In this document: one piece after another, positions 21,126 to 32,021 of the stretch
Layout: every line of letters starts with the position of its first letter
Numbering within the stretch: position 1 is the first letter of the stretch
Source: Treponema sp.
GTDB lineage: Bacteria > Spirochaetota > Spirochaetia > Treponematales > Treponemataceae
Assembly (NCBI GenBank): GCA_016287815.1
Contig: JAEEWW010000001.1
Span: forward strand, 5,842-69,841
Length of the DNA: 64,000 bases
Reading direction: 5' to 3'
The notes under the pieces: generated by a model
Told to the model about the DNA's origin: nothing
Databases searched by the model: none
The model's input: the letters and a program-made list of their open reading frames with translations, nothing else
Translations under genes and position numbers: made by a program

Positions 21126-21598
21126 CACTGCAAATTCGCCTTTTTATGTATTTTGCAGAAGGGTTCTTTGAGAGTCAGGCGAACACAGGATGTTCGGTAC
21201 AGCCGTAAAGTTAACCGAAAGGTTTTCAGGTTTGTACGGCCCATTATGTTGGTTATTCTTGTCGTTGACAAAGATAATATATTTGGTTTGACATTGTGGG
21301 TTTTTGACGGGTTCATGCTTATGAACTTAAGGCTCATGGATGCCAGACCAGTCGTCAGACAGTAGGTTTGATGGTGATAGGTGGTTCCGGCCAATGCATT
21401 CCGAAATTATGGAATGTTTTGTGAGATTCAATCTCTTTTCCGTATTCCAAAAATCACATCAAAACTGTCAAATTAAACTAAGTGTGTATGCGAATGTGGC
21501 TTTTTTCAGCTGAAGATTGCTCATTCTGGCTTAAAGTGCATCACATAAAATAAAGTGTGTCGGCCTGTTAGAAAATTAAAGCCGACAAGGAGAAAAAC
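21126..21598 (+). ncRNA. Unassigned large structured RNA (5' leader of tuf or stand-alone ncRNA)
   Basis: At least 10 complementary segments including nested long-range helices; lies between the promoter and the tuf SD; no credible ORF. Confidence 0.5.
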
Positions 21599-22786
21599 AT
21601 GGCAAAGGAGAAGTTCGTTAGAACTAAACCCCACATGAACGTTGGAACCATTGGTCACGTTGACCATGGTAAGACTACTCTTTCAGCAGCTATCACTATG
21701 CACTGTGCAAAAAAATACGGTGACAAAGCTCTGAAGTATGACGAAATTGATAACGCTCCAGAAGAAAAGGAACGTGGTATTACAATCAATACTCGTCACC
21801 TTGAGTATCAGTCAGACAAGAGACACTATGCTCACATCGACTGCCCGGGACATGCTGACTATATTAAGAACATGATTACTGGTGCTGCTCAGATGGATGG
21901 AGCTATTCTTGTAGTTTCTGCTCCTGATTCAGTTATGCCACAGACACGTGAACACTTGCTTCTCGCTCGTCAGGTAGGTGTACCGAAGATTATCGTATTC
22001 TTGAACAAAGTTGACCTTGTTGACGATGCAGACCTTCTTGAATTGGTAGTTGAAGAAGTAAAAGATACTCTTAAAGAATATGGTTTCTCAGAAGAAACAC
22101 CAATCATTAAAGGTTCAGCATTCAAAGCTTTGGCTGATGGTGCTACAGCTGATGATACAAAGTGTATCGATGAACTTCTTGAAGCTATGGATACATGGTT
22201 TGATGATCCAGTTCGTGATGATGCAAAACCATTCTTGATGCCAATTGAAGACATCTTCACAATTTCTGGTCGTGGTACAGTAGTAACAGGACGTATTGAA
22301 CGTGGTGTAGTAAATATGAACGATGAAGTTGAAATCGTTGGTATTCGTCCTACAGCAAAATCAACTGTTACTGGTATTGAAATGTTCCAGAAGACACTTG
22401 ATCAGGGTATTGCCGGTGATAACGTTGGTATCCTTCTTCGTGGTGTTGAAAAGAAAGATGTTGAACGCGGTCAGGTTCTTGCAAAGCCGGGTTCAATTCA
22501 CCCGCACACAAAGTTCGAAGCTCAGATTTACGTTCTTTCAAAAGAAGAAGGTGGTCGTCACAGCCCATTCTTCTCTGGCTATCGTCCACAGTTCTATTTC
22601 CGCACAACAGATATTACTGGTACAGTAAATCTTGAAGCTGGAACAGACATGGTTAAACCAGGTGATAACGTAAAGATTATCGGCGAATTGATTCACCCGA
22701 TCGCTATGGATGAAGGTCTTAAGCTTGCTATCCGCGAAGGTGGTCGCACAATCGCTTCTGGTCAGGTAACAAAGGTTATTGAATAG
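21599..22786 (+). CDS. tuf: Elongation factor Tu
   Basis: [21 protein letters not shown]. Confidence 0.99.
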   Translation: MAKEKFVRTKPHMNVGTIGHVDHGKTTLSAAITMHCAKKYGDKALKYDEIDNAPEEKERGITINTRHLEYQSDKRHYAHIDCPGHADYIKNMITGAAQMDGAILVVSAPDSVMPQTREHLLLARQVGVPKIIVFLNKVDLVDDADLLELVVEEVKDTLKEYGFSEETPIIKGSAFKALADGATADDTKCIDELLEAMDTWFDDPVRDDAKPFLMPIEDIFTISGRGTVVTGRIERGVVNMNDEVEIVGIRPTAKSTVTGIEMFQKTLDQGIAGDNVGILLRGVEKKDVERGQVLAKPGSIHPHTKFEAQIYVLSKEEGGRHSPFFSGYRPQFYFRTTDITGTVNLEAGTDMVKPGDNVKIIGELIHPIAMDEGLKLAIREGGRTIASGQVTKVIE

Positions 22787-22855
22787 TTTTTGTTTTTGAC
22801 AGTAAGGTCTGTTGTTTTTACGGCAGACCTTATGTCAGGACATATTGGAGTAAAA

Positions 22856-23164
22856 ATGGCTAACGGAAAGATTCGTGTTAGACTTCGCGCATTTGATGTA
22901 GAATTGATTGATCAGAGCGCAAAGGCCATCGTACAGACAGTACAGAAAGCAGGAGTAAAGGTTTCTGGTCCTATTCCGCTTCCAACAAGAATCAATAAGA
23001 TAACTGTTTTGCGTTCACCACACGTAAATAAGAAGTCACGTGAACAGTTTGAAATGCGCACTCATAAGCGTCTTATTGACATTCTGGAACCAACAGCTGA
23101 TGTTATGGATTCCTTGATGAAACTTGAACTGCCTGCTGGCGTTGATGTAGAAATTAAACAGTAA
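22856..23164 (+). CDS. rpsJ: 30S ribosomal protein S10
   Basis: [21 protein letters not shown]; start at ATG 22856 after GGAG. Confidence 0.99.
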   Translation: MANGKIRVRLRAFDVELIDQSAKAIVQTVQKAGVKVSGPIPLPTRINKITVLRSPHVNKKSREQFEMRTHKRLIDILEPTADVMDSLMKLELPAGVDVEIKQ

Positions 23165-23256
23165 TTATTTACTGTAATTAAACGGTATCGGTCCCCTGGA
23201 TCTGGGATGGCGGCCGTAAAAGAGAAGCTTCGTGCTTCTAATAGGAGAATATCAGA

Positions 23257-23877
23257 ATGAAAGGTCTGATTGCAAAAAAAGTGGGAATGACCCAGGTTTT
23301 TGACGAAAGCGGTAATTTAACACCTGTAACCGTGATCCACGTTGAACCTAATGTAGTTGTTTCTGCAAAGACAAAAGAAAACAATGGTTATGAAGCTGTT
23401 GTACTTGGTCTTGACGATGTTAAGGCTTCAAAAGTAAACAAAGCTTATGCCGGACAGTTTTCTGAAAATGTTACGCCAAAACGCATTCTTAAAGAATTCC
23501 GCGATTTTGACAGCGAAGTAAAAGTTGGAGATCAGATTGGTCTTGAACTTTTTGACGGTGTACGCTTCCTTGATGTAACTGCAACTTCAAAAGGAAAAGG
23601 TTTTCAGGGCGTAATGAAGAGATGGGGCTTCCATGGTGGTCGTGCAAGTCACGGTTCAAAATTCCATCGCGAAGCTGGCGGCACAGGAATGTGTACAACT
23701 CCAGGACACAGTTTTAAGAATATTAAGATGCCGGGACGTATGGGCTTTGAGCGCGTAACAGTTCAGAATCTTAAGATTGTAAAAGTTGACCCGGAACTTA
23801 AAGTAATTTTAGTTCGTGGTGCTGTTCCAGGTGTAAAGAATTGTACACTCATCGTGAAGTCCGCAGTAAAGAAATAG
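23257..23877 (+). CDS. rplC: 50S ribosomal protein L3
   Basis: KVGMTQVF, SKGKGFQGVMKRW. Confidence 0.99.
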   Translation: MKGLIAKKVGMTQVFDESGNLTPVTVIHVEPNVVVSAKTKENNGYEAVVLGLDDVKASKVNKAYAGQFSENVTPKRILKEFRDFDSEVKVGDQIGLELFDGVRFLDVTATSKGKGFQGVMKRWGFHGGRASHGSKFHREAGGTGMCTTPGHSFKNIKMPGRMGFERVTVQNLKIVKVDPELKVILVRGAVPGVKNCTLIVKSAVKK

Positions 23878-23891
23878 TCAGGAGATAGGAT

Positions 23892-24530
23892 ATGGAAAAG
23901 AAAGTATATTCAACTTCTGGAAAAGAACTGCGTACAATCACTCTTGATGATAAAGTATTCGGTCTTCCTGTGAATGAAGATGTCATTTATTATGCCATCA
24001 CTAATGAATTAGCAAATAAACGTGTAGGAACTGCTTGTACTAAGGGTCGTGCTGAAGTTCATGGCTCAAATTCAAAGCCGTATGCCCAGAAAGGTACTGG
24101 TCGTGCACGTCGTGGTGATAAAAAGTCACCAATTATGGTTGGTGGCGGTACTATCTTTGGACCGAAACCAAGAGATTTCAGCTATTCAATTCCAAAGAAA
24201 GCAAAACGTCTTGCTATGAAATCAATTTTGAGTCTTCAGGCTCAGAGCGACAGACTTACTGTTGTAGAAGATTTTACAGTAGATAGTGGAAAAACAAAGG
24301 ATTTGGTTAAAATTCTTAACAATTTTGCCAAAGATGAACGCACAGTTATCATTCTTAAAGATGACGATGCAAAAATCAAACAGGCTGGAAAAAATATTCC
24401 AAACTTGTCTTTCCTTTCTTACGAACGCCTCCGTGCACATGATTTGTTCTACGGACGCAAAGTAATTCTGCTTGAAACTGCAGCTAAAAATCTTTCTGAT
24501 TTTTATGCAGATGAAAAGGAGGCTAAATAA
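23892..24530 (+). CDS. rplD: 50S ribosomal protein L4
   Basis: [25 protein letters not shown]. Confidence 0.99.
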   Translation: MEKKVYSTSGKELRTITLDDKVFGLPVNEDVIYYAITNELANKRVGTACTKGRAEVHGSNSKPYAQKGTGRARRGDKKSPIMVGGGTIFGPKPRDFSYSIPKKAKRLAMKSILSLQAQSDRLTVVEDFTVDSGKTKDLVKILNNFAKDERTVIILKDDDAKIKQAGKNIPNLSFLSYERLRAHDLFYGRKVILLETAAKNLSDFYADEKEAK

Positions 24531-24814
24531 TGTTTAATGAAGACGTTATTCTTAAGCCTGTAATTTCTGAAAAAGCTAACGCTTTGCGCGAACAGGATAA
24601 ATATGTATTTATCGTTCGTCCAGATGCAACAAAGATTCAGATAAAAGAAGCTGTAGCTAAACTTTTTAATGTAAAAGTTATTGGCTGCACTACAATCAAT
24701 GTATTTGGCAAAATGAAACGCCTGCGCGGACGCCCGGGTCGTACAGCCAGCTACAAAAAGGCCATTGTTCGTGTAGCACATGGCGAAACAATTAAGGTGT
24801 TCGAGGGCGCATAA
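24530..24814 (+). CDS. rplW: 50S ribosomal protein L23
   Basis: PVISEKA, ATKIQIKEAV, YKKAIV. Confidence 0.98.
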   Translation: MFNEDVILKPVISEKANALREQDKYVFIVRPDATKIQIKEAVAKLFNVKVIGCTTINVFGKMKRLRGRPGRTASYKKAIVRVAHGETIKVFEGA

Positions 24815-24845
24815 GCCCGCGACTGCGAATTAAGGGGAAATAGAA

Positions 24846-25670
24846 ATGGCTCTTAAGATTTTTAAGCCGATCACCGCAGGTACTCGAACACGTATCGACC
24901 TGCGTAGAGATGAACTGACAGCCGATAGACCCGAAAAAACATTGGTGTCAGGTAAAAAGTCTCACGGTGGACGCGGAGCTGGTGGACGTATTTCAGTACG
25001 TCATCAGGGTGGCGGACACAAACAGAAGTATCGTGAGATTGATTTTAAACGCGATAAACATGGAATCCCAGGAACGGTTAAATCAATTGAATATGATCCA
25101 AACCGCAGTGCAAACATTGCATTGGTATTCTATGCAGATGGTGACAAACGTTACATCATCGCACCAAAAGGTTTAATGGTAGGACAGAAAATTATGTCTG
25201 GTGATAATGCTGCTCCAACTGTTGGAAATGCATTGCCGCTTTCTGTTATTCCTGTTGGTTTTACTGTACATAATATTGAATTGACCATCGGTCGTGGCGG
25301 ACAGCTTGCTCGTTCTGCCGGTGCCAGTGCACAGGTAGCTGCAAAAGAAGGTGACTATGTTACTATTCGTCTGCCGTCAAGTGAACTTCGCCGTGTAAAC
25401 GGAAAATGCTATGCAACAATTGGTGTTGTAGGTAATGAAGATCACATGAATGTACAGCTTGGTAAAGCCGGACACAGAAGATGGATGGGTGTTCGCCCAA
25501 CTGTTCGTGGTATGGCTATGAACCCTGTAGATCACCCGCTTGGTGGTGGTGAAGGTGCTGGTAAAGGACGTAACCCTGTTACTCCATGGGGACAGCCTTG
25601 TAAAGGTTACAAAACCCGCAACAAGCGGAAGACGTCAAATAATTTTATTATTTCACGTCGGAAGAAGTAG
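24846..25670 (+). CDS. rplB: 50S ribosomal protein L2
   Basis: [29 protein letters not shown]. Confidence 0.99.
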   Translation: MALKIFKPITAGTRTRIDLRRDELTADRPEKTLVSGKKSHGGRGAGGRISVRHQGGGHKQKYREIDFKRDKHGIPGTVKSIEYDPNRSANIALVFYADGDKRYIIAPKGLMVGQKIMSGDNAAPTVGNALPLSVIPVGFTVHNIELTIGRGGQLARSAGASAQVAAKEGDYVTIRLPSSELRRVNGKCYATIGVVGNEDHMNVQLGKAGHRRWMGVRPTVRGMAMNPVDHPLGGGEGAGKGRNPVTPWGQPCKGYKTRNKRKTSNNFIISRRKK

Positions 25671-25687
25671 TTGCATAGGAGATAACG

Positions 25688-25972
25688 GTGTCAAGATCTG
25701 TTAAAAAAGGACCTTTCATTGAAAAGAGTCTCTATAAAAAGGTTACAGAAATGAACAAAGAAGCAGACAGAAAAATGATTAAAACATATTCTCGCTGCTC
25801 TACAATTATCCCTGAAATGGTTGGTAATACAATTTCTGTTTATAATGGAAAATCATGGATTCCGGTTTATGTTACAGAGAACCTCGTAGGCCACAAGCTG
25901 GGAGAGTTCGCTCCAACTCGTGTATTCCATGGACATGGCGGTTCTGATAAAAAGGCCGCTGGTGCTAAATAG
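25688..25972 (+). CDS. rpsS: 30S ribosomal protein S19
   Basis: [19 protein letters not shown]; GTG start. Confidence 0.99.
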   Translation: MSRSVKKGPFIEKSLYKKVTEMNKEADRKMIKTYSRCSTIIPEMVGNTISVYNGKSWIPVYVTENLVGHKLGEFAPTRVFHGHGGSDKKAAGAK

Positions 25973-25980
25973 GTGGTATT

Positions 25981-26337
25981 ATGACTGTACAGAAAGGTTA
26001 TGTAGCCACTACAAAATTCCTGATTGCATCTCCTACTAAAGTCCGTCCTGTAGCTCATGTAATCAATCAGAAGTCCTGTTCGAAAGCAATGGCTATTCTT
26101 GAGAATATGCCACAGAAAGGTGCTAAGTTAATCCGCGGAACTCTGAAATCTGCAATTGCTAATGCACTTAATGCTAACAACAAGCTGGATGAAGATATGT
26201 TGTATGTTAAGGAAATTCGCATTGACGAAGGTCCGAGACTTAAGAGAGTTTGGTTCCGCGCTCGCGGCAGAGCAGACCAGCTTTTAAAACGTATGTGTCA
26301 TATTACAGTAGTAGTTGACGAAAAGGCGGGGGAATAA
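25981..26337 (+). CDS. rplV: 50S ribosomal protein L22
   Basis: [20 protein letters not shown]. Confidence 0.98.
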   Translation: MTVQKGYVATTKFLIASPTKVRPVAHVINQKSCSKAMAILENMPQKGAKLIRGTLKSAIANALNANNKLDEDMLYVKEIRIDEGPRLKRVWFRARGRADQLLKRMCHITVVVDEKAGE

Positions 26338-26338
26338 A

Positions 26339-27097
26339 GTGGGTCAGAAAGTTAGTCCTATCGGTTTACGTCTTGGAATCAACAAGACTTGGCAGTCTCG
26401 CTGGTATGCATCTCCTCGTGAATATGCAGACCTCGTTCTGGAAGATATGAAAATCAGAAAACTGGTTTTAGATTGCCCGGAATGCAAAAATGCTGACATT
26501 GCTCAGATCGAAATTATTCGTCATCCTCAGCGAGTTACTATTGTTATTCATACAGCTCGCCCAGGAGTTATTATTGGTGTTAAAGGCGCTACAATTGAAA
26601 AAATTAGCGCTGATGTTCAGAAGCAGCTTACAAAGAAAGTACAGATTAAGATTAAAGAAATCAAACGTGCTGATGTAAATGCTTCTCTTATTGCACAGAA
26701 TGTTGGTCGTCAGATGATGGGTCGTGCATCTTTCCGCAAGGCTCTTAAACAGGCTGCCAGCAATGCTATGCGTGCTGGCGCACAGGGTATTAAAATCCGT
26801 TTGTCAGGACGTCTTGGCGGTGCCGAAATGAGACGCAGTGAAGAGCACAAGGAAGGACGTGTTCCTCTTCATACTCTTCGTGCAGATATTGACTATGCTC
26901 TTTTCGAAGCTCTTACAACATACGGTAAAATCGGTGTTAAAGTTTGGGTTTACAATGGAATGAACTATGGTCATGAACAGAATGAAGATGCAGGACAGCT
27001 TGTTCGCAAGCCACGCCGCGAAAGATCTTCTCGTTCTGATTCTAAAGGCTCTGCTGAAAAAAGCACTGAAAGTGCAGAAAAGTCTTCAAGGAGTTAG
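26339..27097 (+). CDS. rpsC: 30S ribosomal protein S3
   Basis: [26 protein letters not shown]; GTG start at 26339. Confidence 0.99.
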   Translation: MGQKVSPIGLRLGINKTWQSRWYASPREYADLVLEDMKIRKLVLDCPECKNADIAQIEIIRHPQRVTIVIHTARPGVIIGVKGATIEKISADVQKQLTKKVQIKIKEIKRADVNASLIAQNVGRQMMGRASFRKALKQAASNAMRAGAQGIKIRLSGRLGGAEMRRSEEHKEGRVPLHTLRADIDYALFEALTTYGKIGVKVWVYNGMNYGHEQNEDAGQLVRKPRRERSSRSDSKGSAEKSTESAEKSSRS

Positions 27098-27099
27098 TC

Positions 27100-27519
27100 A
27101 TGCCACTTAGTCCTAAAAGAGTAATGCACCGTAAGGTGCAGCGTGGAAGACAGCATGGTTTTGCCACACGTGATAATAATATTGATTTCGGAGATATAGC
27201 TCTTGTAGCTATGGATCCAGTTTGGTTGAAGGCGATTCATATTGAAGCTGCCCGTGTTGCTATTAACCGTAAGATTAATCGTAACGGACAGGTTTGGATT
27301 CGCGTCTTCCCGGATAAGCCTATTTCTAGAAAACCTGCCGAAGTCCGCATGGGTAAGGGTAAAGGTGCTCCGGAATTCTGGGCAGCAAATATTAAGCCGG
27401 GAATGATTTTGTTTGAAGTTGGTGGAATTGATAAAGCACTTGCTGCTGAAGCTCTTCGCCTTGCTGCAAGCAAACTTCCAATCAGAACAAAAATTGCTTT
27501 TAAGCCAACGAAAGACTAA
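27100..27519 (+). CDS. rplP: 50S ribosomal protein L16
   Basis: [16 protein letters not shown]. Confidence 0.98.
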   Translation: MPLSPKRVMHRKVQRGRQHGFATRDNNIDFGDIALVAMDPVWLKAIHIEAARVAINRKINRNGQVWIRVFPDKPISRKPAEVRMGKGKGAPEFWAANIKPGMILFEVGGIDKALAAEALRLAASKLPIRTKIAFKPTKD

Positions 27520-27530
27520 GGAGGTATAAG

Positions 27531-27743
27531 ATGGCAAAGTCAACAAAAAAATCAGACAAAGAACTGTCTTATGCTGAATTAGTAAATCAGCTTACAGAGC
27601 AGAAAAAGAAATACATGGATTTGCGCTTTCAGATGATCATTTCCCATGTTGATAATCCGATGCAGAAACGTACACTTCGTCGTGAAATTGCACGTTTGAA
27701 CACATTCATCCGGCAGAAAGAAATTGCTGGAGAGAATAAGTAG
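27531..27743 (+). CDS. rpmC: 50S ribosomal protein L29
   Basis: LRFQ...NP...RREIARLNT; synteny. Confidence 0.96.
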   Translation: MAKSTKKSDKELSYAELVNQLTEQKKKYMDLRFQMIISHVDNPMQKRTLRREIARLNTFIRQKEIAGENK

Positions 27744-27753
27744 GAGCTGACCC

Positions 27754-28026
27754 GTGGAAGAAAAGGCTGTAAAAGCTAAAGCTCACAAACGTTCATTTGT
27801 AGGACTTGTAACAAGCGATAAAATGGATAAAACCATTGTTGTTACAGTTTCTACAAAGCGAATGGATACGCTTTACAAGAAATATGTTACATGGACAAAG
27901 AAGTATAAGGCTCATGATGAGCAGAATGATGCTCACATTGGCGATACAGTCCGCATTGTAGAATGTCGCCCATTAAGTAAAGATAAATGCTGGCGTTTAT
28001 CAGAAATCATTGAACGTGCAAAATAA
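27754..28026 (+). CDS. rpsQ: 30S ribosomal protein S17
   Basis: [19 protein letters not shown]; GTG start. Confidence 0.98.
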   Translation: MEEKAVKAKAHKRSFVGLVTSDKMDKTIVVTVSTKRMDTLYKKYVTWTKKYKAHDEQNDAHIGDTVRIVECRPLSKDKCWRLSEIIERAK

Positions 28027-28038
28027 GGAGTAGAAACT

Positions 28039-28407
28039 ATGATTCAGATGCAGTCAAACATGACCGTTGCTGATAACTCCGGTGCAAAGATTGTTCAGTG
28101 TATTAAAGTTATCGGTGGTTCACATCGCCGTTATGCCGGTATTGGCGACGTTGTAGTTGTAGCTGTTAAGGAAGCAATTCCTACATCTACTATTAAAAAG
28201 GGTTCTGTTGAAAAGGCGGTAATTGTCCGCCAGGCAAAGGAATACCGTCGTCCAGATGGAACTTATATTCGTTTTGATGATAACGCTTGTGTTATTGTTG
28301 ACGACAATAAGAATCCAAAAGGAAAACGTGTTTTCGGACCTGTAGCTCGCGAGCTTCGTGATATGGATTTTATGAAAATTATTTCACTTGCTCCGGAAGT
28401 TCTGTAA
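28039..28407 (+). CDS. rplN: 50S ribosomal protein L14
   Basis: ADNSGAK, RFDDNA, SLAPEVL. Confidence 0.99.
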   Translation: MIQMQSNMTVADNSGAKIVQCIKVIGGSHRRYAGIGDVVVVAVKEAIPTSTIKKGSVEKAVIVRQAKEYRRPDGTYIRFDDNACVIVDDNKNPKGKRVFGPVARELRDMDFMKIISLAPEVL

Positions 28408-28417
28408 GGAGATTGCT

Positions 28418-28732
28418 ATGGTAAAGAAATACAAAATTCACAAGGACGATACGGTTCAGGTGCTTGCAGGAAAAGATAAGGGTAAGAAAGGTACTGTAGT
28501 ACGTATTCTTCCTAAAAAAGATGCTGTAATTGTATCTGGCGTTAACATTGTTAAAAAAGCAATGAGAAAGCGTTCACAGCAGGATCAGGGCGGTATTCAG
28601 GAAATTGAAGCACCGCTTAGCATTTCTAATGTAGCGATCGTATGTAAAAAATGCGGTCCTACTAAGATTGGTTACAAGCTTGACGGAGACAAGAAAATTC
28701 GTGTTTGCCGCAAGTGTGGAGAAAAACTGTAA
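28418..28732 (+). CDS. rplX: 50S ribosomal protein L24
   Basis: [20 protein letters not shown]; start at ATG 28418. Confidence 0.98.
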   Translation: MVKKYKIHKDDTVQVLAGKDKGKKGTVVRILPKKDAVIVSGVNIVKKAMRKRSQQDQGGIQEIEAPLSISNVAIVCKKCGPTKIGYKLDGDKKIRVCRKCGEKL

Positions 28733-29283
28733 TGGAAAATTACGTACCTCGGCTTAAGAAAGTCTATAAGGACACTATCGCTCCTGAGTTGTTTAAAGAA
28801 CTTGGGTATTCATCAGCCATGCAGGTTCCGGCAATCAAAAAGATTGTTGTAAGCATGGGTGTTGGCGAAGCTCTCACAAATAAGAAACTTCTTGATGCTG
28901 CAGTTGAAGACCTTACACAAATAACTGGTCAGAAAGCGGTTAAGACAAAGGCTAGAAAAAGTATAGCTAACTTCAAACTTCGTGAGGGTAATGAGATTGG
29001 CGCAATGGTAACACTTCGTGGAAACATCATGTATGAATTTCTCGATCGTCTTATCAATGTTGCCCTTCCACGTGTTAAGGATTTCCGTGGAATTAAAGCT
29101 ACTGGCTTTGATGGACATGGAAATTTCTCTCTTGGTATTACAGAGCAGATTATCTTCCCGGAAATTGACTTTGATAAAATCACAAAGATTTCTGGTTTGA
29201 ATATTGCTATTGTAACTAGTGCAAAAACAGACAGCGATGCCCGTGCTTTGCTTGCCAAGTTCAACATGCCGTTCAGAAAGTAG
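28732..29283 (+). CDS. rplE: 50S ribosomal protein L5
   Basis: [24 protein letters not shown]. Confidence 0.99.
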   Translation: MENYVPRLKKVYKDTIAPELFKELGYSSAMQVPAIKKIVVSMGVGEALTNKKLLDAAVEDLTQITGQKAVKTKARKSIANFKLREGNEIGAMVTLRGNIMYEFLDRLINVALPRVKDFRGIKATGFDGHGNFSLGITEQIIFPEIDFDKITKISGLNIAIVTSAKTDSDARALLAKFNMPFRK

Positions 29284-29290
29284 GTGAAGT

Positions 29291-29476
29291 ATGGCAAAGA
29301 AATCAATGATTATAAAGGCTGAACGCACACCAAAATACAGCACACGGAAATATAACCGTTGCCAGATTTGTGGTCGCGCTCGTGGTTATCTGCGGAAATT
29401 CAAAATGTGTCGTATTTGTTTCCGTAAGTATGCAAGCCAGGGATTGTTACCTGGTATCACAAAATCCAGCTGGTAG
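29291..29476 (+). CDS. rpsN: 30S ribosomal protein S14, zinc-binding type Z
   Basis: 61 aa; RCQICGR...MCRICFR. Confidence 0.98.
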   Translation: MAKKSMIIKAERTPKYSTRKYNRCQICGRARGYLRKFKMCRICFRKYASQGLLPGITKSSW

Positions 29477-29493
29477 CGTGGTAGGAGAATAAA

Positions 29494-29892
29494 ATGAGTG
29501 CATCAGATCCAGTAGCAGATATGCTGACAAAGATCAGAAATGCGGCACAGGCCCGCCACGAAAAAGTAGATATTCCTACTTCCAAGTTAAAACTGGAAAT
29601 CGTGAAAATCCTGAAAACTGAAGGTTTTGTAAAGAACTTTAAAAAGGTTCAGGAAGAGGGACATAGCGTAATCCGCATTTTCCTTAAGTATGATGATCAG
29701 AATGAATCTGTAATCCATGGTCTTGAAAAGATTTCAACACCAGGACGCCGTGTATATTCTGGTTATAAAGATATGCCACGTGTAATGAACGGTTATGGCA
29801 TTGTTATCGTTTCAACTTCTTCTGGAGTAACAACAGGCCGCAAGGCAAAAGAGAAGATGGTTGGCGGTGAACTCGTTTGCAAGGTATGGTAA
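29494..29892 (+). CDS. rpsH: 30S ribosomal protein S8
   Basis: [28 protein letters not shown]. Confidence 0.99.
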   Translation: MSASDPVADMLTKIRNAAQARHEKVDIPTSKLKLEIVKILKTEGFVKNFKKVQEEGHSVIRIFLKYDDQNESVIHGLEKISTPGRRVYSGYKDMPRVMNGYGIVIVSTSSGVTTGRKAKEKMVGGELVCKVW

Positions 29893-29904
29893 TAGGAGAG
29901 TAAC

Positions 29905-30444
29905 ATGTCTAAACTTGGTAAACTTCCTGTAGCTATTCCTGCAGGCGTAACAGTAACTGTTGCACCTTCTTTAGTAACTGTTAAAGGTCCTAAGGGAGAA
30001 TTGAAACAGGATTATACAAATAATGTAAAGATTGAAGTAAAAGGCAGTGAAGTAATTGTAACTCCAACTTCTAATGAAAAAGCTGCAAATGCTGCTCATG
30101 GTCTTTACCGCAATCTTATTAGAAACATGGTTGTAGGTGTTACAACTGGTTTCTCTAAAACACTTATTATAACTGGTGTTGGTTATCGTGCAGAAGCAAA
30201 AGGTAAAGAACTTGTAATGAACCTTGGTTATTCAAGTGAATTCATTGCTATGGTTCCGGATGGACTTACTGTTACAACAGACGGTCAGGGAAAAATTACT
30301 ATCTCTGGTATCGATAAACAGCTGGTTGGAGAATTTAGTGCACAGATTCGTAAATTAAGAAAACCTGAACCTTATAAAGGAAAGGGTATCCGTTACGAAA
30401 CTGAGGTCATCAGACGTAAAGTCGGTAAGACTGGTGTTAAATAA
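29905..30444 (+). CDS. rplF: 50S ribosomal protein L6
   Basis: [19 protein letters not shown]. Confidence 0.99.
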   Translation: MSKLGKLPVAIPAGVTVTVAPSLVTVKGPKGELKQDYTNNVKIEVKGSEVIVTPTSNEKAANAAHGLYRNLIRNMVVGVTTGFSKTLIITGVGYRAEAKGKELVMNLGYSSEFIAMVPDGLTVTTDGQGKITISGIDKQLVGEFSAQIRKLRKPEPYKGKGIRYETEVIRRKVGKTGVK

Positions 30445-30456
30445 GGATAGTGAATT

Positions 30457-30819
30457 ATGTTTAAGAAACTTGACGACAAAAGAAGAAAACGCCTGCACAG
30501 AAAGATTCATATTCGTAAGTCAGTTTACGGTACAGCTGCTCGTCCCCGCATGACGGTTACCCGCAGTAACTGCAATCTGTTTGTTCAGGTAATTGATGAT
30601 GACGAGGGTAAAACTCTTGCTTCAATCTCAACACTTGAAAAAGATTTTGCTGCAATAAAGCCGAATATCGACGGTGCAGCAAAACTCGGTGAAGCTTTTG
30701 GGGCACGCCTTAAAGAAAAGAAGATTACAACTGTAGTTTTCGACCGCAACGGTTATCTTTATCACGGTGTTATTAAGGCCCTTGCAGATGGAACCCGCAA
30801 AGCCGGGATTATATTCTAG
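30457..30819 (+). CDS. rplR: 50S ribosomal protein L18
   Basis: [19 protein letters not shown]. Confidence 0.98.
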   Translation: MFKKLDDKRRKRLHRKIHIRKSVYGTAARPRMTVTRSNCNLFVQVIDDDEGKTLASISTLEKDFAAIKPNIDGAAKLGEAFGARLKEKKITTVVFDRNGYLYHGVIKALADGTRKAGIIF

Positions 30820-30827
30820 GAGAGGCT

Positions 30828-31343
30828 ATGGAACATCGGAAAAACTTTGATAAAGAACCAAAGGAAAAAGAGTTCGTAGAAAAACTTGTTACCCTTAACA
30901 GAACTGCAAAGACTGTAAAAGGTGGACGCCGAATGTCTTTTGCTGCTTTAACTGTTGTTGGAGATCAGAAAGGTCGTGTAGGTTACGGACTTGGTAAAGC
31001 CAATGACGTAAGCGAAGCTATTAAAAAGAGCATCGATCGTGCCAAGAGAAATTTGGTAACGCTTCCGATTAAAAATGGAACTATTCCACATGACATTATC
31101 GGAAAATATAAGAGCTCTTCTGTTTTGCTTAAACCAGCTTGTTCTGGTACTGGTATTATTGCCGGTGGTGTTGTTCGTGCAATTATGGATGCTGCAGGTG
31201 CAACTGACTTGCTTTCAAAGTGTGTTGGTTCATCATCTGCTGTAAACGTAGTACGCGCTACATTCGACGCTATTTCTAAGATGTTGGATGCTCGTGCTGT
31301 TGCTCAGAACAGAGGCAAAGCTCTTGATGAGTTGTGGGGGTAA
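30828..31343 (+). CDS. rpsE: 30S ribosomal protein S5
   Basis: KTVKGGRR, GTGIIAGG. Confidence 0.99.
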   Translation: MEHRKNFDKEPKEKEFVEKLVTLNRTAKTVKGGRRMSFAALTVVGDQKGRVGYGLGKANDVSEAIKKSIDRAKRNLVTLPIKNGTIPHDIIGKYKSSSVLLKPACSGTGIIAGGVVRAIMDAAGATDLLSKCVGSSSAVNVVRATFDAISKMLDARAVAQNRGKALDELWG

Positions 31344-31346
31344 TTT

Positions 31347-31532
31347 ATGGCAAAAAAACTTAAGATTACTCTTGTTAAAAGTACAATCGGACAGAAACCT
31401 GAAAAGAAAGCTACAGTACGCAGCTTAGGTTTGAAAAAAATCAGCTCTAGCGTTGTACATGAAGATAACGCTGCAATCCGTGGTATGATTGCCAGTGTTT
31501 CTCACATCGTAAAAGTTGAAGAGGTGAAATAA
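31347..31532 (+). CDS. rpmD: 50S ribosomal protein L30
   Basis: [19 protein letters not shown]. Confidence 0.97.
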   Translation: MAKKLKITLVKSTIGQKPEKKATVRSLGLKKISSSVVHEDNAAIRGMIASVSHIVKVEEVK

Positions 31533-32005
31533 TGGCAGATTACAATCCTATTTTGAATGCTCCTGAAGGTGCAAATAAAAAAGATAGAAGAGTTGGCCGT
31601 GGTTCATCTTCTGGACGTGGTACAACAGCTGGACGCGGTAATAAAGGTCAGCAGTCTCGTTCCGGTGGAAAAGTTTACATCGGATTTGAAGGCGGTCAGA
31701 TGCCTTTATATCGTCGCATTGCTCAGAAAGGTTTTTCTAACTATCCTTTCAAGAAAGAATATGCGATTTTTAATCTGTCTGAACTTGAAGCAAAATTTGC
31801 TGATGGTGAAACAGTAAATAAAGAATCTTTATCAGCTAAAGGACTTATTAAAAAGTCTGCTACATTGATTAAAGTTCTTGGCGATGGAGACATCAAAAAG
31901 AAACTTACAGTAGCTGTTGATAAGGTTTCTGCTTCTGCAAAGGCTAAAATTGAAAAAGCCGGCGGAAAGGTAGTAGATTCAGAAAAAACTGAAGAAAAGA
32001 AATAG
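31532..32005 (+). CDS. rplO: 50S ribosomal protein L15
   Basis: [24 protein letters not shown]. Confidence 0.99.
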   Translation: MADYNPILNAPEGANKKDRRVGRGSSSGRGTTAGRGNKGQQSRSGGKVYIGFEGGQMPLYRRIAQKGFSNYPFKKEYAIFNLSELEAKFADGETVNKESLSAKGLIKKSATLIKVLGDGDIKKKLTVAVDKVSASAKAKIEKAGGKVVDSEKTEEKK

Positions 32006-32021
32006 GTAATGGGGTAATAGA

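Noticed and set aside
21125-21394. ORFs 21153-21365(+) and 21125-21394(-) as proteins or a fusA remnant
   Set aside because: No SD, no EF-G motifs, TTG or weak starts, and composition dominated by inverted repeats
21355-21395. T-box or L10-leader identity for the tuf leader (GGTGGTTCCGG, AGACAGTAGG)
   Set aside because: Only a partial T-box match with no terminator or Stem I motifs; the complementary CCTAC..GAG strand of the L10 leader is absent
27250-27275. Avilamycin/evernimicin resistance in L16
   Set aside because: The R51 and R56 equivalents (R52, R57) are retained; the R-to-I change is at the R45 equivalent
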